DNA of 64,000 nt from the IMG/VR virus record IMGVR_UViG_3300025141_000031; one strand, given 5' to 3'. The notes under the pieces are model-generated. The model did not search any database. It had not been told where the DNA came from and saw only the letters and a list, made by a program, of their open reading frames with translations. This DNA is from a virus. Below are positions 1 through 11,090 of the stretch, piece after piece (position 1 is the first letter of the stretch; each line of letters opens with the position of its first letter). Made by a program: the position numbers and the translations under genes.

Positions 1-925
1 AAAAATCAGTTTCTCCATCATGTGTCCATACAGCTTTTTCATGTAAATTTATATCTTCTTTCTTATTAAGGTCTTTTATAAATTCTGGGTTACATTCGAA
101 TGAATGTATTTCATATATATCATCATTCCAATATTTTCTAAATAAATCTACTGACATACCATTTGCAGCTCCAGCATCTATAAATACTTTTCTGTTTGGT
201 TCTGTTTCTTGGCATTGTTTCATTATCTTGAACATTTCTTTATCAATTAAATTTTTCTCTTTAAATTTATTAATATCTTTAGGTTCATTAGGTTTAAATG
301 CTCCAACATATATAGGCTTATCGGCTGAATTATATCTTCTATCAAATTGAGTACAACCTACATTATATTGATTATTTAATAATGAAAACCTCGGTTGTAT
401 ATCAGGATAATAATGATGAACCATATTTACTATATTTTCATCACCTTTGTTATCTACAGCTGGATGTGCTTTATTTTCTTTCATAAAATCAATAATTAAT
501 TTCCATATATCAACACTACTTGGTTTTACAAATATTGACCCAGTATTCCATTGTGAATCATCAATATATTTACACATTCCTATATCGCCTGGAAATTTTG
601 GAAACTCAAATTTTTGTAATGGCCAGTCATCAAAATCATGAAACCAAAATGGTTCTGTAATTAGACCTTTATCTAATAATTCCCATATTCCATATTGTTT
701 ATTAAAATACTTATTAAATTTACATTCATGTTCTAATCTAATTATAGTTACGCCTTTATAACTAAATCCTAGATTTGTACATATTACAATATCTTCAGGT
801 TTCCAACCTAAACGTAAACTGTTATCTACTTGAGCTCGAAAATATTTAAATAATTCTGCTTGTTGCCATTGATGGCCGTATGTCACATCATTAACAAAAT
901 CTTGAAATATAACTACATTTTTCAT
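1..925 (-). CDS. Partial glycosyltransferase (GT-A-like) fused to an FkbM-family methyltransferase; runs off the window end
   Basis: Not in the ORF track. Hand translation from ATG 925 (ATGA overlap with the upstream stop): MKNVVIFQDF...FWFHDFDDW...WNTGSIFV...GDENIVN, then VFIDAGAANGMS...IHSFECNP...LHEKAVWTHDG (FkbM SAM-binding motifs). No stop before base 1. Confidence 0.75.
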   Translation of the reverse strand, partial: MKNVVIFQDFVNDVTYGHQWQQAELFKYFRAQVDNSLRLGWKPEDIVICTNLGFSYKGVTIIRLEHECKFNKYFNKQYGIWELLDKGLITEPFWFHDFDDWPLQKFEFPKFPGDIGMCKYIDDSQWNTGSIFVKPSSVDIWKLIIDFMKENKAHPAVDNKGDENIVNMVHHYYPDIQPRFSLLNNQYNVGCTQFDRRYNSADKPIYVGAFKPNEPKDINKFKEKNLIDKEMFKIMKQCQETEPNRKVFIDAGAANGMSVDLFRKYWNDDIYEIHSFECNPEFIKDLNKKEDINLHEKAVWTHDGETDF

Positions 926-1548
926 ATTGTTTCATAGAATGCATTTTGTTTTTCTTGCCTTCCAATATCTTTCGGATGATATAAACAAAACTTTTCTTCT
1001 GCTGGTAGGTTTGCAAATTTAGTATAACCTTTTAATTGTTCATGTACTGGTTTTATCCAATATATATTTTCATCATTTCTATAGACTCTCATTTGCCAAT
1101 CAGGAAAATTAACCCAACCATCATCACTAACTCTCCAACCCCATTTAGCTATATGGTCATCTGTAATTCCTGCTACTGTATTTACTCTTGGCACCCAATA
1201 TGCTTCTACATCTGAGTTTGATTCTAGAATAAATGGTAAAGCTTCTATTAAATATTCATTTGGTATTTCGTCCGCATCTATTTGGAATATCCAATTACCA
1301 TCACAATTTTTATTCAAATTATTTTTATATGCTGCAAAGTTTTTATTTAACGCACATTCAATAAGTTTATATTCATCAAATGGTTTATTTTCAAACCTTT
1401 CGCATGCACCCCATACTTCTTTAGTTGCTGCTGTGTCCATTTGGACTACAACTTGATCTTCTTTTCTTTTGTGCTCAAATAAAAATGTTAATAATTTGTC
1501 TATTTCTTTATGTTCATTACATACTGTAATTGCGTAACTTATTTTCAT
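922..1548 (-). CDS. Glycosyltransferase family 2
   Basis: ISYAITVCNE N-terminus, WIFQIDADE DxD motif, PVHEQL. Confidence 0.85.
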   Translation of the reverse strand: MKISYAITVCNEHKEIDKLLTFLFEHKRKEDQVVVQMDTAATKEVWGACERFENKPFDEYKLIECALNKNFAAYKNNLNKNCDGNWIFQIDADEIPNEYLIEALPFILESNSDVEAYWVPRVNTVAGITDDHIAKWGWRVSDDGWVNFPDWQMRVYRNDENIYWIKPVHEQLKGYTKFANLPAEEKFCLYHPKDIGRQEKQNAFYETI

Positions 1549-2138
1549 ATCTGGTTATCCTTTTTAAATTTTTCTACTTCGGAATTAACTTCAGCCATGG
1601 CTGCACCCATTAATGAATAGAATTCATCAATAGCTGTCTTGAATTCATTTCTTTCAAATGTTTTTGCATTGTCAATATCTACAATATGTGTATGATATTC
1701 TTCTTTATTATCTTCACAAGGATATTTTAGTCTTTCTTCTCCTGTTAACTCTTTTACGAATGCAAGTTTCCATACATAATCATCTTTTGTAATTCCGTCT
1801 GCATATAAACATGCTACATGAGTCCTCATAGTTGATAAATACCAAACTTGATTCAATAAGGGATCTACATATTTTGTATCTTTATACAATTGCGGAATAA
1901 ATTTTTCATATTGACCTATTGCACGAGCACCAACTGTAAATCTATCTGTTGTAGTCATTCCTGATTCCATACATATACGAGATTCCATTCCGGTTTTCTC
2001 ATCTGCTTCAATTAATACACATTTGTTTCCTGTGAATGGTGATATGTCATCATATTCTAATTTAAGATTTGTCCCATTGGTCTCTCTGATTTCTACTCCT
2101 TCAGGAGATTCTACTTTTGTTGTTTTTATTTTTTTCAT
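1545..2138 (-). CDS. Hypothetical protein in glycosyltransferase operon
   Basis: 197 aa ORF, overlapping start/stop with both neighbours. Confidence 0.6.
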   Translation of the reverse strand: MKKIKTTKVESPEGVEIRETNGTNLKLEYDDISPFTGNKCVLIEADEKTGMESRICMESGMTTTDRFTVGARAIGQYEKFIPQLYKDTKYVDPLLNQVWYLSTMRTHVACLYADGITKDDYVWKLAFVKELTGEERLKYPCEDNKEEYHTHIVDIDNAKTFERNEFKTAIDEFYSLMGAAMAEVNSEVEKFKKDNQI

Positions 2139-3493
2139 ACGTTAACCTTTTTTAATTTTGGTAATTTAATTTTTGGTGGTGAATCATTTTGTCCAGAATT
2201 ATTTAATTTTGGTAGAGTTAATTCTACTCGTTCTGGCTGAGCATATTTACCTAATATCTCAGTAAACTTTTCTGTCATTTTCTCTAGACTAAAATTAGTA
2301 CGAGAATAATAACCTTGTTTTCTTGATCGTTCTAAATATTTTTTATAATGCTTAAATACATCTTTAAGTATTTTAGAAGCATATTGATATTGTACTGTAA
2401 ACCATTTTGATTCTTTCATTATAAATCTATCAGCTGCGGATGGATGTACTTGAGTTAATTGTCCTGGTAACAATGTTGTATATTCGTTATGTAAGAAATC
2501 TAAATGGCCTGACCAATTTGAAACTATTATTGGTTTACCTGTTAATGAAAATTCTAATAACGGTCTTCCAAATCCTTCACCTTTAGTAAATGATACCATT
2601 GCTTTTACTTTAGGATGATTATATAATGAATTCATTTCAGCATCTGATAAATCTCCGTGTAGTAAATATACATTTGGTGCATTATTACCGTATCCTTTTA
2701 GAATAGAAGCTATTTTAGCCATTAACATATCTCTATCTATTATACTAAAAGTCGCTCCTGAAACTTTAAGTATTAAACCTGGTCGTTTTGATGTGCCTGT
2801 ATTTTTAAATGTTTCTAGGAATGTCTTAATAGTCATTCCAATATCCTTTCTATCTTCTCCGATATCACCTTTAATCCAATGTCCTACCACTAGAAAACAA
2901 AAAGATTCTTTTAGTTGTGCCAATTCATCAACTACAGGTTTATCCAATTCATGTACTTTTTTATAAACATCTAGATCTGCACCTTCAAATAACTCTTCTA
3001 TAGGAGTAGTAATTTTTAATTCATCTTCCTTTTGTTTAGTTTGTTCATTTACTTTGTCCCATATAGTTTGTTTAATTATAGTCGATGTATGTTTAGATGT
3101 AGTAATAACTAAATCCATTCTATTACATCCTTGTATACAATCTGCAGGCATTACATTTGATTCTACACCTGCTGTAATTCCAATATTAAATTTACCTGGT
3201 CTTACTTCCGTTTTACCATCAGGAGCCATACAGAATTCGTTTGGAACTGATATTTGTATAAAAATATCTGGTTGTCGGTCAAACTTATCGTTTACAATAC
3301 AATCAATTATCGGTTTATCTTTTGGATCTAATTCATTTAATGCTGTCATTGGACAGTGTCCCCAACGCATTGAAATAATTTTTAGATCATATTTATCCAT
3401 TGCAATTAAACTTCTTGCAATATCTCTTGTATGGTTTCCATACCCAGATCTAGTTGCTACTGGTCCTTGTATTACTACTAACGGTTTTATCAT
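2135..3493 (-). CDS. Glycosyltransferase, GT-B fold (GT4-like)
   Basis: SGYG N-terminal motif, RKDIG, KGEGFGRPLLE (EGFG-x4-E) motif. Confidence 0.85.
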   Translation of the reverse strand: MIKPLVVIQGPVATRSGYGNHTRDIARSLIAMDKYDLKIISMRWGHCPMTALNELDPKDKPIIDCIVNDKFDRQPDIFIQISVPNEFCMAPDGKTEVRPGKFNIGITAGVESNVMPADCIQGCNRMDLVITTSKHTSTIIKQTIWDKVNEQTKQKEDELKITTPIEELFEGADLDVYKKVHELDKPVVDELAQLKESFCFLVVGHWIKGDIGEDRKDIGMTIKTFLETFKNTGTSKRPGLILKVSGATFSIIDRDMLMAKIASILKGYGNNAPNVYLLHGDLSDAEMNSLYNHPKVKAMVSFTKGEGFGRPLLEFSLTGKPIIVSNWSGHLDFLHNEYTTLLPGQLTQVHPSAADRFIMKESKWFTVQYQYASKILKDVFKHYKKYLERSRKQGYYSRTNFSLEKMTEKFTEILGKYAQPERVELTLPKLNNSGQNDSPPKIKLPKLKKVNV

Positions 3494-4947
3494 GTTATAA
3501 CTCCTGGTTGTTCTATTTTATTAGTTTTTTCCATTTTATATAATGTAAATCTTTTTCTTGGCGTCCAATTTTTAAAACAAGTATCAATTGAAGTTTCCAT
3601 TAATTTACACATCTTTTTTGCTGACATATGTGATTCATCTCCCATTACCCATTCATGTCCTTCCATACCACGTTTTTGTCTTTCTTCTATAGGCATATCA
3701 TACCAATATTTAATAGCATTTGCTACATCTCTGAAATCACATCTATCATCGAATATATAAGGTGTCATTGGAGAACCTTGTACTGATCTATTTGATGGAA
3801 ATACTGCTTTTGCCCATCTTGCATGTTTCTTATATGTACCATCATGGTTACTTGGAAATTCTGATGTAAATTCTATCCATTTACCATTTTCATCTTCAAA
3901 TCTCATTTGGTCTTGTAACCCACCAGTAGTATTATTAACAATAGGAGTTCCAATCATTAATGACTCAGCTCCTGATAATCCAAATCCTTCGTTAGATGCT
4001 ATATTTACTGTTACATCAGACATATTATAAAAATATCTTAATTGTTTTAAATCTACTCCGCCATTTGTAACATGTATTTTATAATCAGGACATAATGCCA
4101 TTTTAACTGCTCCTAAATCTGTTCCATTATCATCTCTTGCTTGTGTATTCATTAATAATATACATCTATCTGATTGTTCTTTTGGTAATGTATCACAGAA
4201 TGTTTTATATGCAAGAATTAAATCACCTGGGTTCTTCCTTCTTATATTTCTATTGTTCCAAAATATTACAAAATCAACTTCATGTCTTTTCTTAAAACTA
4301 TCCTGAAATGTATTAAATTCATTCCATTCAGATGATAATTCATTAATTGGATAAAATTCTTTTTCATTAATACCATGAGGAATCCATTGAACTGCCCAAT
4401 CTGGTTTAGGATATTTTCTTAAAACGTTTTTTACAATATTTTGAGTTTGTCTTGATATATTCATTATCAAATCACAAGATTCATAATATGGCTCATTCCA
4501 GAATGGATAAGGAAGATCATCCCAAATATTCAAATACATTAAAGGCAATGTCTGTCTTATATCATGTTCTATTGAATACAACCAACCCCAAAATCTTGGA
4601 TCTGTAAAATGTAGTATTGCATCTGGTTTTTCTATTCTTATAATTTCACGTAACTTAGATTCATTTCCATAACCACTTGAAGCATATATCTTACAATATG
4701 CATATTCTACACCTGTTTGTTTTGCAACATCTGCAGAAATGTCAAATACTTGATTCTCTTGTGGATGTTTTACAGCTGCTCCTAATTGTACCCAATCATA
4801 TTTATCCATAGTTCCGAAGACAAAGTCTCTAGAGACATTTGCAATACCCGAGTGCATTCGTAAATCATCACTTAATAGTAATATTTTTGGTTTCTTTACC
4901 CTGTTTGGGTCTATTTTTTTTAACTTTGGTAACTTTAATGGTTCCAT
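3490..4947 (-). CDS. Glycosyltransferase, GT-B fold (GT4-like)
   Basis: HSGIA, NNRNIRRKN, SNEGFGLSGAES motif; AGGAG SD upstream. Confidence 0.85.
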   Translation of the reverse strand: MEPLKLPKLKKIDPNRVKKPKILLLSDDLRMHSGIANVSRDFVFGTMDKYDWVQLGAAVKHPQENQVFDISADVAKQTGVEYAYCKIYASSGYGNESKLREIIRIEKPDAILHFTDPRFWGWLYSIEHDIRQTLPLMYLNIWDDLPYPFWNEPYYESCDLIMNISRQTQNIVKNVLRKYPKPDWAVQWIPHGINEKEFYPINELSSEWNEFNTFQDSFKKRHEVDFVIFWNNRNIRRKNPGDLILAYKTFCDTLPKEQSDRCILLMNTQARDDNGTDLGAVKMALCPDYKIHVTNGGVDLKQLRYFYNMSDVTVNIASNEGFGLSGAESLMIGTPIVNNTTGGLQDQMRFEDENGKWIEFTSEFPSNHDGTYKKHARWAKAVFPSNRSVQGSPMTPYIFDDRCDFRDVANAIKYWYDMPIEERQKRGMEGHEWVMGDESHMSAKKMCKLMETSIDTCFKNWTPRKRFTLYKMEKTNKIEQPGVIT

Positions 4948-4980
4948 ATTAATCTCCTATAACCGTTCTTTTAATTTAAT

Positions 4981-4988
4981 ATAAATAT
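4981..4988 (-). promoter_or_regulatory. Class II (late-type) promoter motif
   Basis: ATATTTAT in an intergenic gap; same motif at 23605, 29915, 30345, 31959, 43884, 45059, 45640, 47519, 47851, 53139, 57287, 60236. Confidence 0.7.
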
Positions 4989-5001
4989 GCTTTTACCTAC
5001 T

Positions 5002-5187
5002 TTAACCTTTCATTTTCTTGAAGATAAATTTGTCGATTGGATAAAAAATTATCGCTCCTACAAATTGAAATCCAATTACTGTTGCTAAATTTGACCAACC
5101 TAATATATCTGAGAACAGATACATACATGGCCAGGATACAATTATACCTAATTGCCATTTAGCGTGATATGTTAAATACTTTTTCAT
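5002..5187 (-). CDS. Small two-TM membrane protein (GtrA-like possible)
   Basis: 61 aa with two hydrophobic segments. Confidence 0.55.
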   Translation of the reverse strand: MKKYLTYHAKWQLGIIVSWPCMYLFSDILGWSNLATVIGFQFVGAIIFYPIDKFIFKKMKG

Positions 5188-5585
5188 GTTATTATTGTTA
5201 CTGGTTTCTTTAACTTTTTAGCATTCTTAATTGCACTCATACTACCATTTGAATCACATCCAGTTGGAATAAATGCCATCATCACATCACAATCTCTTGC
5301 TATCAACATATTTCTATGATGAAATTGAGATACATGATATGGTTTATTGTAATAATTATCAGTCATAGCTGAATATAAGTTTTTTGTTGTATGTGCTGGA
5401 TTAAATTCTTTATAGTTAATTCCAAACTCTAATGCATATTTTCTTGCAAATTTATCTGCTCCATCTTTTGCTCCACCAGATACTATAATTAAATCATCAC
5501 CGAATTTTTGTTTTAATTGGAATAACGTATCTTTTACTTTACGAGTATTTTCATACATCCGACTACCTATTATTGCTACTTTCAT
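5184..5585 (-). CDS. SLOG-superfamily (DUF2493/YspA-like) protein
   Basis: VAIIGSR, IVSGGAKDGAD, HHRNMLI, SNGSMSAI motifs. Confidence 0.75.
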   Translation of the reverse strand: MKVAIIGSRMYENTRKVKDTLFQLKQKFGDDLIIVSGGAKDGADKFARKYALEFGINYKEFNPAHTTKNLYSAMTDNYYNKPYHVSQFHHRNMLIARDCDVMMAFIPTGCDSNGSMSAIKNAKKLKKPVTIIT

Positions 5586-6517
5586 TCCTTAATTCTTTTA
5601 TGTGGTGGACATAAAGTTGGTTGGTCTTTAAATTCACACCATTTACAATGTTTATTATTTTTGCCTGCAGATGAAACATATTGTTTATCTATGATATATG
5701 AACCATCTGAATTAAAATTATTATCTACAAATGACTCAATTGAATTAGTTAATTTGTTTCTGGTTGGCTTACCACTTGCAGGCATGAATTCTGTAATACG
5801 TTTTTGTGGAAACATTGCTCCTTCAATTAACTTACGTTTTACAATCATATATTTGATATTAATTTTTTCTACATCAAATCCGTATTGTTCTGCAAAATAC
5901 TTTTTATATAATACTAGTTGAGATGTTTTCGTTTTATCTGCTTTTTGATATTTATTCCACCCCATTGTTGACGTCTTAATATCAATAATTGTTATCGTAC
6001 CATCTCTCTTATCCCTAACTACAACATCTAAATAACCCAACATCATTACTTTATCATTTGTTTCATTGACTGGATGATATATAGGAACTTCAATTCCTAT
6101 TAACTCTTCATTTTTAGCAGAAAAATATTGTCCTCTTTTCTTTTTGAACCAGTCAAGTATTGCAACTCCATCTGAATAAAATTCGTTCATTTCTCTTTGG
6201 GTACTAAAATGTTCGCCCATTTTTTCAACAGCTTCTTTATATAAAGAATGCATTTGATCAGCTAGATATTTATTAATATCAATTTGATTTGCCTTAGTAA
6301 CAGATTGTTCAAACATTACAGTTAAATAATTTTGTAATGTTTCATGAAATGCTGTTCCGAATATAGTATGTATTGATTGACTAAAAGTTCTTAACCCTTT
6401 AACATATGCTAATTCCCAATGTTTTGGACAGGTTGAATACATTGCAAATTGTGAGTATGATATTCTTTTATCACCTTTTGCAGGTTCTCTTTGGTTGTAT
6501 TTCAGGAACTTATTCAT
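5582..6517 (-). CDS. PD-(D/E)XK exonuclease (RecB/Cas4-like)
   Basis: SYSQ..CP, FGTAFHE, GYLD, IIDIKT, QLVLY, C-terminal CKWCEF..C. Confidence 0.85.
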   Translation of the reverse strand: MNKFLKYNQREPAKGDKRISYSQFAMYSTCPKHWELAYVKGLRTFSQSIHTIFGTAFHETLQNYLTVMFEQSVTKANQIDINKYLADQMHSLYKEAVEKMGEHFSTQREMNEFYSDGVAILDWFKKKRGQYFSAKNEELIGIEVPIYHPVNETNDKVMMLGYLDVVVRDKRDGTITIIDIKTSTMGWNKYQKADKTKTSQLVLYKKYFAEQYGFDVEKINIKYMIVKRKLIEGAMFPQKRITEFMPASGKPTRNKLTNSIESFVDNNFNSDGSYIIDKQYVSSAGKNNKHCKWCEFKDQPTLCPPHKRIKE

Positions 6518-6523
6518 ATTATT

Positions 6524-6553
6524 AATATAAGTAAAAAATCTCGTAATTCCTAA
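6524..6553 (-). promoter_or_regulatory. Class I promoter
   Basis: TTAGGA-N18-TATATT, 6 nt before the ATG. Confidence 0.75.
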
Positions 6554-6946
6554 TTATTTACCCCATACCTTCTTGGAAACTATCTGAGCAATAATACCAT
6601 AAACTGATAGGTCTTGGAACGTATCTTTTTCAGATTCTCCTACTTCATCTTTATGACCTAATATAATTAATTGTTTTAATCTTTGTACTTTATCATTTAT
6701 CCTAAACCATAAACCAGTTAATGATAATTTTACATCACCATCTGTTTTTAAATCAGTTCCTATTGATATGTTACCAGGTCCATAATTCTTTTGTTTCTTA
6801 CAAAATAAAACATATTGATCATTTAATATTTGTTTAAATTCTTTACATGTTTCTGGATAATTTTGTTCACAGTAATCTACTGCTGCATTTCCTGTTGATT
6901 CTGTTTCTTTGAAATCTACTCTAGGTGTATCTTTAATTGCTCTCAT
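6554..6946 (-). CDS. DUF1599 / nucleotide-modification-associated domain protein
   Basis: KKQKNYG, RINDKVQRL, E..DTFQDLSVYGII pattern. Confidence 0.7.
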   Translation of the reverse strand: MRAIKDTPRVDFKETESTGNAAVDYCEQNYPETCKEFKQILNDQYVLFCKKQKNYGPGNISIGTDLKTDGDVKLSLTGLWFRINDKVQRLKQLIILGHKDEVGESEKDTFQDLSVYGIIAQIVSKKVWGK

Positions 6947-7389
6947 TTTAATAACTTTTTTATTTCTTTTTCTGTTTTACCATATAACTCTAACATATTA
7001 ATAAGATTTTGTACTCCCATAGTTGTATGTTTAAACAAACTTATATATGTTTCCGCTTCGCGAGAATTAATTTCATAGTGGTCTTTTACTATCTTAACAA
7101 GTTCTTTATTATACTTATCCACCTTTTTTCCCTTAATATACTTCGCTCTAACATTAGCATTCGGTAATATCTCATAATATAATTGATATACATGTTTTTT
7201 ACTTAAAGGACCGATTGTATATTGTTGGAATAAATCAATCGTTTCAATTAAGTCAGGATGCATCGACAACCATCTATTAATAATATATGGAGTAAATGAC
7301 TTTTGATCGGTTTCTGACAATTGATTCCATTCTTTTTTCTTATGAGTCAATTGTGTTATATGATCAAATATTGTAGCTGGCTTTTTCAT
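6943..7389 (-). CDS. Clamp loader small subunit (T4 gp62-like)
   Basis: FTPYIINRWLSM and AKYIKGKK pattern; near clamp and clamp loader genes. Confidence 0.7.
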   Translation of the reverse strand: MKKPATIFDHITQLTHKKKEWNQLSETDQKSFTPYIINRWLSMHPDLIETIDLFQQYTIGPLSKKHVYQLYYEILPNANVRAKYIKGKKVDKYNKELVKIVKDHYEINSREAETYISLFKHTTMGVQNLINMLELYGKTEKEIKKLLK

Positions 7390-7390
7390 A

Positions 7391-7552
7391 TTATTTTAAT
7401 ATACTTTTACCTAATATTAAAGGTGATGCATCTTTATGCATCAATATATGAAAGCAATTTGATTTTTCTCTAATAATTAATTTCTTATCTTTATACGTCC
7501 GATAATTTTTATATACGTATTCCGTTACTTGTTCTATAGTTTTTTCATTCAT
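7391..7552 (-). CDS. Small hypothetical protein (53 aa)
   Basis: Not in track. MNEKTIEQVTEYVYKNYRTY...GKSILK* exactly fills the gap between groEL and the gp62-like gene. Confidence 0.5.
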   Translation of the reverse strand: MNEKTIEQVTEYVYKNYRTYKDKKLIIREKSNCFHILMHKDASPLILGKSILK

Positions 7553-7553
7553 A

Positions 7554-9149
<1,596 letters not shown>

Positions 9150-9174
9150 TTATTTATTTTTAATTGTTATTAAT

Positions 9175-9423
9175 TTATTTACTTTTTACTGGTAAGAATT
9201 CTTTATTAATATGTCCACATTCATCACATCTAAATACTGGTACTGGAATGATTTGTTCCTTACCAGTAGGTGATACTAATGGTGATATCTTCTTAAATGC
9301 ACTTACTTGTCTGAAAAATTTTCCTTCGCAATTTTCACAAACAATATCTGTTAAATCATTAAGATCTAACTTTACTTTTGTTTTTGGTTGGTCTTTTCCA
9401 CCCATTCCTATAACTTTTCCCAT
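9175..9423 (-). CDS. Zn-ribbon hypothetical protein
   Basis: CENC...CDECGH, 82 aa. Confidence 0.65.
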   Translation of the reverse strand: MGKVIGMGGKDQPKTKVKLDLNDLTDIVCENCEGKFFRQVSAFKKISPLVSPTGKEQIIPVPVFRCDECGHINKEFLPVKSK

Positions 9424-9430
9424 TTTTTCC

Positions 9431-10357
9431 CTATTTTAATTCATTAATTAGTTTGACCATAGTGGCCATGATATGTATTTCTTTATCAACTGCAAATGCA
9501 TCTTGATATTGTGATTCAGCTAATATCAATATAACACTTGCAATATGTCCTTTTGCATATTCATCTATCTCATCAAATAAAAATTTATATAATGCAGTAA
9601 AATCTCTTACCTTACTATCATTTATTAATTGACGTATACTTTGAAAACATGTTTTCTTATCTTCTTTTTGTAAGATATTTAATAATTTAGTCATATAATT
9701 TGCTTGAACTAAACTCTCTTTATCTATTTCTAATTTACCTTTTATTACTTGTCTTTGAGCTGAATTAAGAACTCTTCTAATATCTGGATACCCACTATTG
9801 ATTAGAGTTACCAGATCTTCCATTTTAAATTCTACATTCTCATCTTTTAAGATTTCAACAATCCTTTTTGCTACTTCTTTTTTATTAGGTGGAGTGATTC
9901 CAAATACTTGACATCTAGATTGTATCGGGTCTATTATCTTTTCAACATAATTACATGTTAATATAAATCTAGTTGTTTTAGAAAATGTTTCCATTAGATT
10001 TCTTAATGCAGCTTGACCATTTGGAGTCATATAATCTGCTTCATCTAATATAACAATTTTCCATCGCTTAAATCCAATTGTACTTGCAAAATTCTTTACC
10101 TTGGTTCTAACAGTATCAACATTATTCTCATCAGATGCATTTATATACATGATATCTGCGTCTACATTACCTGCAATTATCTTAGCTAATGTTGTCTTAC
10201 CAGTTCCAGCTCCTCCATAAAATAATAAATGAGGAACATCTCCATTTTCAAGATATAACTTTACTTTGCTAATAACTAATTCATTACCAACATATCCATC
10301 TAATGTACTTGGTCGAAACTTTTCAACCCATAATGTATTTTCTACGTTTCCAAACAT
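9431..10357 (-). CDS. Clamp loader large subunit (T4 gp44 / RFC-like AAA+)
   Basis: WVEKFRP, GGAGTGKTT, ILDEAD, PIQSRC. Confidence 0.95.
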   Translation of the reverse strand: MFGNVENTLWVEKFRPSTLDGYVGNELVISKVKLYLENGDVPHLLFYGGAGTGKTTLAKIIAGNVDADIMYINASDENNVDTVRTKVKNFASTIGFKRWKIVILDEADYMTPNGQAALRNLMETFSKTTRFILTCNYVEKIIDPIQSRCQVFGITPPNKKEVAKRIVEILKDENVEFKMEDLVTLINSGYPDIRRVLNSAQRQVIKGKLEIDKESLVQANYMTKLLNILQKEDKKTCFQSIRQLINDSKVRDFTALYKFLFDEIDEYAKGHIASVILILAESQYQDAFAVDKEIHIMATMVKLINELK

Positions 10358-10358
10358 A

Positions 10359-11078
10359 TTAATTAGCTTGTAATTGTACTAGATAATAAGTTGATGAATA
10401 ATCTTTACTTGTAAATGATACTCTTGCAAGGCCTGCTGAAGAAACTTCTATAAATCCTTCTTCTGCATCTTTATTTGCAACTAGTATTTCTTTAAATAAA
10501 TTAGCTGAAAAACATGTTGCTTTAAGATCACTTTGCTCTCCTTCAGGAGTTGTTGGCCATGTAATTCTATTTGTATTCAAGGTTGAATAATTTAGAATCA
10601 TGTTAGTTCCTAACGCATCACTTTCAATTGCAAAATTTTCTGTTTCTGGTAATGCATTCTTTGATTTAACGAACTTATCTGCAAAATCTTTTGTTAATTT
10701 AATTTTAACATTAAAATCTGGCAATTGTTTCATTGCTGGTACTTGTCTAATTACCGATAAATCAGCTAACATAAATGTTACATTTGTTGTCTTATCTGAT
10801 AAATTAATCGAAAATGCGGTTCCATCTGCATTATTAACTCTCATTGTAACATCATTATCCAATGCAGTTAATAATTTTGTTAATTGTGAAGTTGCATATA
10901 CTCCTAATGTTACATCTTCAATATCAAAATTATCCATTGATACTGATCCTACTACGTTTTGATCGTCAGTAATAAAATTACATGACATTTTTTTATTTTC
11001 AATATCTAATCTAACAGAATTTGCATTTCCTGCTAAATGATATTTATCAATAAAACTTGTTAATTGTTTCTTTTCCAT
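10359..11078 (-). CDS. DNA sliding clamp (T4 gp45-like)
   Basis: 239 aa; LGVYATSQL, EVSSAGLARVSF..YYLV C-terminus; adjacent to clamp loader. Confidence 0.8.
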   Translation of the reverse strand: MEKKQLTSFIDKYHLAGNANSVRLDIENKKMSCNFITDDQNVVGSVSMDNFDIEDVTLGVYATSQLTKLLTALDNDVTMRVNNADGTAFSINLSDKTTNVTFMLADLSVIRQVPAMKQLPDFNVKIKLTKDFADKFVKSKNALPETENFAIESDALGTNMILNYSTLNTNRITWPTTPEGEQSDLKATCFSANLFKEILVANKDAEEGFIEVSSAGLARVSFTSKDYSSTYYLVQLQAN

Positions 11079-11090
11079 TGTTTACCTTTT

